Below are positions 57,489-64,000 of a stretch of DNA of 64,000 bases, piece after piece; positions within the stretch are counted from its first letter, which is position 1, and the number at the start of each line of letters is the position of its first letter. The stretch is taken from positions 352,001 through 416,000 of the forward strand of contig JAVCBU010000012.1 in assembly GCA_037917685.1 (NCBI GenBank), written 5' to 3'. The position numbers and the translations under genes were made by a program. The notes under the pieces were generated by a model that was not told the origin of the DNA, searched no databases, and saw nothing but the letters and a program-made list of their open reading frames with translations. The stretch is from Thermoproteota archaeon. GTDB lineage: Archaea; Korarchaeota; Korarchaeia; Korarchaeales; JAOZGB01.

Positions 57489-59400
57489 CTCCGTGTACCT
57501 CTAAAATTTCGTAACCCCCAGGAGGGAGTATCCTCACTAGCTCATCTATCGATAGTAAGTTATTAAGTTTGACCCATGGAAACTTTGATAATGATGATAA
57601 TTTATCATTCAAAGTTTGAAGTATAATTTTAGCCGCCTGATCTTTGGGTATGTCGCCTGGTCGGACGACTATACATAATGGAGAGAGTTTGAGTGCCGAA
57701 GGGGGAGCTGAGACGAGATAAACATCATCATTGTATTCTATAAACCCTATTGCAAGCTTCAGCTCTACAGTAACATAATTTCTTTTCCCTTCGATATAGA
57801 AGGAGCCTTTAGGGATGTAGTGGCCCGGTGGAGCTGATCTCTTAACTTGTTCACCTTTCACATAGTAAACTTTTTCGATAAAGGATTTCTCACGCCATGC
57901 TCTAGAATTACAAGCCGCGTACGTCGCCGCTTCAACGATGGTTTTCTCACCTATTTTATTAGTTGATTTAACTATTACACAAGACCCTCCCGGTCCTTCT
58001 ATGTGAAAGAACAGATCATCTTTCTTAAGATACTTATTTACAAGCTCTTTGTTGGTCTTGTTATCCCTACCGGCAACAACTAGACACCCATCAGATGATA
58101 TAAACCACCTAAACCTCGAAAACCAACGAGCCTTAGGCCTAACAAGCTTTCTCTCAACTTTCTTTACTGGTTCAATTTCTTGTTTAGAAAGTTTAGAGAG
58201 GGCTTTTAAAGCTGACTCTAACTTTCTCTCCATTTTACCCGAGAGCATGTAGTAATAAGCAGCATTCTCATCCACACTGCGGTTAAGATCTATATCAAAG
58301 GCTATGCCAGATAACTCTATCCTTGCCTTCCTCCTTCCTTTATCAAACTCGATAATTTTCACACCGGAGGCGTCTACCTTCTCGTTATTCCATAGTGATT
58401 CAATTACAGCTTCTACTGTTTTATAGTTAGAATATATCGTATCTCCGATTTTTCTACATTGCTCAGTAAGAGTTTTATATCTCTCTATATTTGTTTTAAG
58501 CTCCTCAATAGATTTTCTAAGTCTCTCCCTTTCCTTATCAGTTGAAGACTTTGCCTTAACCTCGGTAGTTAATATATCGTCCAATATTGCTGAAATATTA
58601 CTATAACGCTTACCCTCTAAGGTACTGTAAGCCTTAAGCGGGAAAGGTGAATAGTCAACTGCTTGTTTGGCACTGTCAAGGTACAAGACAGGTTCAGAGC
58701 TCTTCCTAGTTCGCTCGTAAAGCTCCTTAAGGGCTTTTACAATAGCTTCTACTTCACTTGTAGAAAGCTGCTGAATTTTAATCTTGGGATCAATATTTAA
58801 CGGTTTTACGATCTCATCGATGTAGGGTGGCCCGATACCGGCCTTATAAACTAAGAATCTCCAGACCTCGCCTTGGAAAGATATGGCAACATCCCGTATC
58901 TCCTCGAAAGATGAGTTCGGGGATAAGAGTGGATGTTCAGGGGGCTTATATATTTCTCCCCTCCTAATAGTTCTCTTAGAAGTCTGAAAACTTCTAAAAT
59001 TTAGAATTATCATGCCATTAGGGTCTATTAGAAGTATGTTGCCCCGGGCAAACAGTTCAACTATTACCGTCCATATCTCACCTGCCCTTAAAAGTTTGAA
59101 AAATATTATTCTATCAAAGTCTAATTGCTCAACAGCTTTGATTATAGCGTTCTCCGTATATTTCCTCATGGCCATCGCAAACATAGAAGGTTTAGTAGGC
59201 TTCGACCATTCCTTTTTACTAAGATATACAGCTTTTCCCGGAATAATTACCAAGTGGAATTTTCCAGCTCGACTTGAAATCTTAACAAGAAAAGTGTCCT
59301 CTGACACTTGGTAGGTTTTCCCCCACCTTGAGCCTTCAATCTCCTTAAACTCGCTAATAAGAAACCTAAGGTCTATACTAGTTAAACCCCTCATAGTCAT
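57424..59400 (-). CDS. rqcH: Rqc2/RqcH (NEMF family) ribosome quality control protein
   Basis: TSIDL, FAMAMRK, FDRI, ELFARGN, WFSRFRWFISSDG..VVAGRD, GSFYIEGKRNY. Confidence 0.9.
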   Translation of the reverse strand: MTMRGLTSIDLRFLISEFKEIEGSRWGKTYQVSEDTFLVKISSRAGKFHLVIIPGKAVYLSKKEWSKPTKPSMFAMAMRKYTENAIIKAVEQLDFDRIIFFKLLRAGEIWTVIVELFARGNILLIDPNGMIILNFRSFQTSKRTIRRGEIYKPPEHPLLSPNSSFEEIRDVAISFQGEVWRFLVYKAGIGPPYIDEIVKPLNIDPKIKIQQLSTSEVEAIVKALKELYERTRKSSEPVLYLDSAKQAVDYSPFPLKAYSTLEGKRYSNISAILDDILTTEVKAKSSTDKERERLRKSIEELKTNIERYKTLTEQCRKIGDTIYSNYKTVEAVIESLWNNEKVDASGVKIIEFDKGRRKARIELSGIAFDIDLNRSVDENAAYYYMLSGKMERKLESALKALSKLSKQEIEPVKKVERKLVRPKARWFSRFRWFISSDGCLVVAGRDNKTNKELVNKYLKKDDLFFHIEGPGGSCVIVKSTNKIGEKTIVEAATYAACNSRAWREKSFIEKVYYVKGEQVKRSAPPGHYIPKGSFYIEGKRNYVTVELKLAIGFIEYNDDVYLVSAPPSALKLSPLCIVVRPGDIPKDQAAKIILQTLNDKLSSLSKFPWVKLNNLLSIDELVRILPPGGYEILEVHGDGGGTKGKGCNADRGSLGITK

Positions 59401-59447
59401 CCTATTCTATGGAAACCAATATAAGATAATAAGGGTTCTATGGATCT

Positions 59448-60377
59448 GTGAATTTAGAGTTAAGTAAACTTTTATACGTAGCACACTGCATAGCAGGCTT
59501 CATAGCTGGCACCATATCTGGGGTGTTACTGCTACCAGGATACTCGGCTTTGGCGCTACTAGCATTCCTGTACAGTCTTACTTCTGCGCTATCGTTAACC
59601 ACCATTATATGGAAAAAAGGCGCAATGCCACCTATGAGCAAACTATATAGAGAGGGCTTATTTACAACACTTGCCATATTTATAGCGGTTTGGGTAGTCT
59701 CGTATAATCTTGGAGGAGCCCATCCTATAATCGTTAAAGCAGAAGTTATGATTGAGAAACCACAGATCTTAAAGTGGACAAATGGTGAAATGCTATCACC
59801 CAACGAGAATGTGAGCTATGGGTACAATTCATGTTATATGGTAGAGCAATATCCAAATGGAAGTTTTAAATTGATACTTGGCAAGTACTACGAACAAGCA
59901 ACAGGAGTGTTCGAGTTCTCCAATCCTGTAAACGGTGAGATACTGGTTTGTGACATTAACAGGCTGTCATTTACTCTAGTATCGATCTTAAATACTTGTA
60001 AAAGTGGTATTTTATGGGGGTCTATTAATATCACAGCTGAAGTAGGAGACAACGCTGCAATAGTCAGGTTAAAACTTGCTGAAAGCGAAGTTTCTGAGAG
60101 GATATCAGTTGGGGATATTAAAAGTCTTTATATCGAAAAATTGGATATCAGTCTTAGAATTGAGGTTTTAGGAATAGACGGAAACTGTACACGTTTAAAG
60201 ATATATGGAGAAGAATTTAAAGGTTCCACCATCAATCTGAGCATGGGGAAATTAAACTATAATGTTGCAAGTCTTGTCGTTTTTCATGACGGCAAACTTT
60301 ATGTCTTCTATTCTCAGCCATACATTGTTAAGGACCTGCTTAAAATCGATGATGCCTATTTGGTGATTGAAAGTTGA
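59448..60377 (+). CDS. Membrane protein: three-TM EMC6/Rab5ip-like N-terminus plus a beta-rich soluble domain
   Basis: AGFIAGTISGVL...KLYREGLFTTLAIFIAVWVVSYNL resembles the EMC6-family pattern. Confidence 0.5.
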   Translation: MNLELSKLLYVAHCIAGFIAGTISGVLLLPGYSALALLAFLYSLTSALSLTTIIWKKGAMPPMSKLYREGLFTTLAIFIAVWVVSYNLGGAHPIIVKAEVMIEKPQILKWTNGEMLSPNENVSYGYNSCYMVEQYPNGSFKLILGKYYEQATGVFEFSNPVNGEILVCDINRLSFTLVSILNTCKSGILWGSINITAEVGDNAAIVRLKLAESEVSERISVGDIKSLYIEKLDISLRIEVLGIDGNCTRLKIYGEEFKGSTINLSMGKLNYNVASLVVFHDGKLYVFYSQPYIVKDLLKIDDAYLVIES

Positions 60378-60736
60378 ACTACAAGCTCATGGAAGACTCT
60401 AAAACTGAGAAGTTCAAGATGGACCCACAAGATCTTCTCTACTATGTCGTTAAAGCAGTCGAAAAAATGGGGTACGAGTACACCATCAGCACTGAGGGGT
60501 TTCCAGGAGCTGGCCTACTTCGGATTGTAAAAATCAAGGACTCAGATGTTAAATTTGTCATATATGGATTCGGCGAGGACACATGGATAGAGATGGGGCC
60601 TGTTTCAAAATACACGGAGATGATTTCAAGGTTTATGTTCGAGCTAATAAGTATTCTCCCCAAAAAACCGTGGAATAGAATAACTCGAAGATTTTGGGTG
60701 AAAAGATGGCCCATACTTAAGGATTTAGGTGAATAG
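60374..60736 (+). CDS. Hypothetical protein
   Basis: 120-aa ORF translationally coupled (TTGA overlap) to the upstream gene. Confidence 0.6.
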   Translation: MNYKLMEDSKTEKFKMDPQDLLYYVVKAVEKMGYEYTISTEGFPGAGLLRIVKIKDSDVKFVIYGFGEDTWIEMGPVSKYTEMISRFMFELISILPKKPWNRITRRFWVKRWPILKDLGE

Positions 60737-60737
60737 A

Positions 60738-60941
60738 ATGGTTGAGGATCACGCCCATTGTCTGGTATGCGGAAAAGTAATATCTCCAGGGAGAAAGTTT
60801 TGTTCTTCAAAATGTGAAGAAAAATATCTTGAAAGGAAAGCTTCACTTGAAAGGTCTAGAAGGATGATCAATATATTAATGCTACTTACACCGGTCTTAC
60901 TTGTAATATACATAGTAATAGTGAGGCTGTGGGGGGTATGA
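60738..60941 (+). CDS. DUF2116-family Zn-ribbon membrane protein
   Basis: HAHCLVCGKVI...FCSSKC plus a C-terminal TM segment. Confidence 0.85.
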   Translation: MVEDHAHCLVCGKVISPGRKFCSSKCEEKYLERKASLERSRRMINILMLLTPVLLVIYIVIVRLWGV

Positions 60942-61318
60942 AACTCGGTAAAAGAAAGGGGACCACGACAATAGATAGAGCTAAACTCCTGTCGTTAAAG
61001 CCTAAACCATCAAGTAATGTTAAGTGGGAAGTTTACGATACGGGTGAAGTGGCGATAATCATAGAGAGGAAGTACAGAGGTAGACTTGGAGAGATACTGG
61101 CGACAATATTTATGCAACCCAAAACGAGGAAAATAGTATTAGATGAAATAGGCTCCTACGTTTGGAAATTGCTTGATGGTAAAACCTCAATAAGAGAAAT
61201 GATAATAAAAATCTCCGAGAAATTTAAGATGTCAAAAAGAGAAGCAGAGGTCTCTCTAATAGCCTTCCTGTCGGACCTAGAAAAAAGAGGGGCGATAACT
61301 GTCGCAGCCCTACCCTAA
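60938..61318 (+). CDS. PqqD-family (RiPP recognition element-like) protein
   Basis: KIVLDEIGSYVWKLLDGKTSIREM...FLSDLEKRGAI. Confidence 0.85.
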   Translation: MKLGKRKGTTTIDRAKLLSLKPKPSSNVKWEVYDTGEVAIIIERKYRGRLGEILATIFMQPKTRKIVLDEIGSYVWKLLDGKTSIREMIIKISEKFKMSKREAEVSLIAFLSDLEKRGAITVAALP

Positions 61319-63129
61319 TATGGTGTTGCCCATATTAGTCTCGGGTAGAACATTAAGGCAAGGTAGAGTATCTGTACTATTGAAACCCCTGCAAAGATGC
61401 CTGCAGCGATGCTAACCACGTACCTGTTAACCCATTCTTCTCCGAACACCTTAGCCATTATTTTCTTTGAAATTATAGCAGCTAGATATGTAAACATAAA
61501 GAGGGGCGGGCTTCCAAGCCCAGCGTACAATCCTATAGCAAACAGGTAGGTTTTAGGCCATACGCTTAAAGCAAACCCTACTATGAAGCTTGGTATTATC
61601 AAGGAGGGCTTCAATATAAGTTCAAGTTTCTTTGTAATCCATATATTTTGAAGTATCAGCTGTGGTATCCAGAATGGAACCGGGAACACGTCGCTAGGAA
61701 TATTATACAGCCTCCAGAATATGGATATTATTAGGAGACCCATTATAGTACCAATCCCCCATCCCAGAATGTCTGCTTTCAGTATACTTGTAGGCTTTGT
61801 TCTAGTGATCTCGGCTGCTTTAAATCCAATACCAAGCGTTAATCCGGCAGATGTTATAAAACTAGGGGCTACAAACCATCCAGCAACTCCATCGTAGAAT
61901 TTAACTCTCATGAACTCTGTTAGGTAAGGTATATCTACAACAACGAGGGCTTGGCCAAAAGTATATCCGGAGATAAGAGTGAAGAATATTGAGTATCCGA
62001 TAGCCGCTAAAGCTAGCCAAACCGGGTAATCCGGAGCAAGGACTTTTGTTATAGCTATCGAGTATGCGTAGCCTCCTGCAAGCATCAAAATAATAATGTT
62101 TAACGGAACTAGACCACTACCCTTAATGGATGAAATTCTTTTTATACTTCTAACGCCTCTTGGTAAAAGTTTTACAGAAGTTATAAGGGGAGGTATAGCC
62201 AGTGCAATTGCAAATCCTATATTTGGACTTACCCAGAAATGAAGCATGCTATCCCTCAGCAACATGGTCCAAGATTCTTGCGGAATCCAGGGTATTATCC
62301 CCTTACTGACGAGTAACGGATTAAATATGAGTTGTGATATTAAAGAAGAGATTATATAGCCGATCATGTAAGGTGTTCCAAGCACGAGTGCCACCGCATA
62401 ATCTAGTGCGGTGGGGTAAAAGGTGATCATGGCCCCTGGAAGCCGTGTACTAAGCGTAGGGGTAAGGTCAAGTGCTGGTTGAAGTCCCATTATCACCGTT
62501 ATAATTAATGTATAGGCTGCTGAGGCTGAAGCTGCTATGGAGAAGATTCTGAACCTCGACGGGTCTCTTCTCCCGCTCATATCCAATGCTAGTTGGCCTG
62601 CGATAGCACCAGTAGGCCATGGAAGCTTCTCTTCAACGATGAATATTTGCCTTACAATTAACCCTATTCCCCATGACGTTAGAAAACCAAACAGACCAGA
62701 TAATATTATGAGCGCTATTGGGATTAAAAAGTCTTCATGGAATAATGTCCTAGATAATACTGCTTCGGACGATGGAAGGGGGGCAACCCAGTCTGGTATT
62801 TTATCTGCTATCCCCATCATTGCAGTAATAGGACTGGACCTGAAGAAAACGTAGTACATGAGGCCTGTACCTGCTAAACTTGTTACTGCTGCTGAGGCGC
62901 TCCATCTTATAGTTGCTAGTTCCTGAGCTGTTAGCGATCCCCCGAATATTCTAGCTATCTCTCCAAATAGTACCATTGCCATGAATGCCGCGGCTATACC
63001 GAATGCTCCTATTCCCGCCAGGATTGCCCACACCATTACTGGGGCTAGAACTATGCCTGTCACTATCGTGATTAGTATAACTCTATACGTGAAGCCTTCC
63101 CTATATATTACTTCTTCATTACTATTCAT
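61315..63129 (-). CDS. OPT/YSL-like oligopeptide transporter
   Basis: More than 14 TM segments; EGFTYR, LTAQEL, IVEEKLPWPTG, IPSDVFP; ATG at 63129 after GAGGTG. Confidence 0.7.
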   Translation of the reverse strand: MNSNEEVIYREGFTYRVILITIVTGIVLAPVMVWAILAGIGAFGIAAAFMAMVLFGEIARIFGGSLTAQELATIRWSASAAVTSLAGTGLMYYVFFRSSPITAMMGIADKIPDWVAPLPSSEAVLSRTLFHEDFLIPIALIILSGLFGFLTSWGIGLIVRQIFIVEEKLPWPTGAIAGQLALDMSGRRDPSRFRIFSIAASASAAYTLIITVIMGLQPALDLTPTLSTRLPGAMITFYPTALDYAVALVLGTPYMIGYIISSLISQLIFNPLLVSKGIIPWIPQESWTMLLRDSMLHFWVSPNIGFAIALAIPPLITSVKLLPRGVRSIKRISSIKGSGLVPLNIIILMLAGGYAYSIAITKVLAPDYPVWLALAAIGYSIFFTLISGYTFGQALVVVDIPYLTEFMRVKFYDGVAGWFVAPSFITSAGLTLGIGFKAAEITRTKPTSILKADILGWGIGTIMGLLIISIFWRLYNIPSDVFPVPFWIPQLILQNIWITKKLELILKPSLIIPSFIVGFALSVWPKTYLFAIGLYAGLGSPPLFMFTYLAAIISKKIMAKVFGEEWVNRYVVSIAAGIFAGVSIVQILYLALMFYPRLIWATPY

Positions 63130-63140
63130 AAGTCGCACCT

Positions 63141-64000
63141 CTACTTAGATTCTGCTCTTTCCCTTTTTACCTTATAAACTACTCCTGTGTATCTTGATTT
63201 CTGCTCAGGGGTTAAGCTTCTCCACACTAGACACTGTTTTCTTATCTTGTCTACGAACTTTTGCACCGCGTGTTTCCATGGTGACGTAAGCCCTCCAAGC
63301 CTTCTCACATAGACGTCCATGGAGCAGGTTCCCTCCTTCGGTATTCTGACATTTATCTTTATAATGTTCATTATTCCCTGATCCCACGGTCTGTGCCTTG
63401 TATACGCCACTATTGTTTTAATACGTTCTGTTTCTGTTTTTTTCTCCTCCATCCATAGCTTATCTGACGTGAATTCCTCCTCTTTTTCTGTCCTGTGTAC
63501 CTCAAGGTATTCGTAGATATAGTTCATAAGTCCGTCAATCTCTATTCTTGCTGGTGCAAATGGGAGAGGAATGAACCATTCGTCCCCTTTGGGTGGTGGG
63601 ATCTTCCATTTCCTCATAACTCCTGGAGTTACAAGTTTTGATGCTACTCTCATCGGATATAGTGTTGAAGCGAGGGTTGTTAGGAGGACGATTAACATGG
63701 AACCTGGTATCCATCCAGATGTGAAGTTGGGGTGCAATGTTTGGAGGATGTTCAGGGCATCGAATATTATATGGAGTCCTGTGCCCAGTATATATCCTAG
63801 CATTCCTCCTATCAGGCCTACAGTTACTGCTTCGGCTATGAACAGTCCTGAAACGTGGGTCGGTGAGAGGCCTACCGAACTATATGTGAATATCTCAGGC
63901 TTCCTTTCATAAACTGCTGTTATCATCGTGTTGAGCACTGTAATTATTAGTATTCCCATTAAGACAGTTAACATTGGGAGCCCGAGGGTCATCTGTTCGA
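63141..64000 (-). CDS. FtsX/MacB-like ABC permease, C-terminal part (open to the window edge)
   Basis: NTMITAVYERKPEI..YSSVGLSPTHV..LFIAEA, YPMRVASKLVTP; frame stays open through 64000. Confidence 0.8.
   Translation of the reverse strand, partial: EQMTLGLPMLTVLMGILIITVLNTMITAVYERKPEIFTYSSVGLSPTHVSGLFIAEAVTVGLIGGMLGYILGTGLHIIFDALNILQTLHPNFTSGWIPGSMLIVLLTTLASTLYPMRVASKLVTPGVMRKWKIPPPKGDEWFIPLPFAPARIEIDGLMNYIYEYLEVHRTEKEEEFTSDKLWMEEKKTETERIKTIVAYTRHRPWDQGIMNIIKINVRIPKEGTCSMDVYVRRLGGLTSPWKHAVQKFVDKIRKQCLVWRSLTPEQKSRYTGVVYKVKRERAESK

Noticed and set aside
1-64000. Many 60-190 aa antisense ORFs; CRISPR arrays, IS elements, integrases next to tRNAs
   Set aside because: The antisense ORFs shadow well-supported genes and lack motifs; no repeat-spacer array, transposase, integrase or att-like tRNA duplication was seen by eye

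Overview
Gene-dense archaeal chromosomal window, probably from a thermophile. Archaeal markers: RadA, Cdc48, AglB, GGGP synthase, archaeosine TGT, ApgM, PAC2, intron-containing tRNAs and GGAGGTGA-type Shine-Dalgarno sites. A T-arm tRNA intron suggests a TACK/Thermoproteota-like lineage, but this is inference. The content is mostly housekeeping (valS, gltX, metG, topA, tmk, ppsA, arcC, ahcY, radA, tldD/pmbA, Rqc2) plus three tRNA genes, each with an intron. No CRISPR array, IS element or provirus was seen. Most notable: (1) a single-chain fusion of a RaSEA-type radical SAM domain with an ArcS-type domain overlapping tgtA, a candidate one-protein archaeosine synthase; (2) a surface-glycan locus with AglB, a membrane-anchored glucuronyl C5-epimerase homolog retaining catalytic motifs, a GT-C enzyme and a Wzy-like polymerase; (3) an uncharacterised PqqD/RRE + OPT-like + FtsX-like permease cluster, preceded by an EMC6-like fusion protein, running off the right edge; (4) a KaiC-RHH-GvpD-like signalling operon with a decayed divergent Lrp regulator and a tandem repeat; (5) a tRNA-Gln with a non-canonical 53/54 intron. 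All family assignments come from motif recognition by eye, not from database searches.
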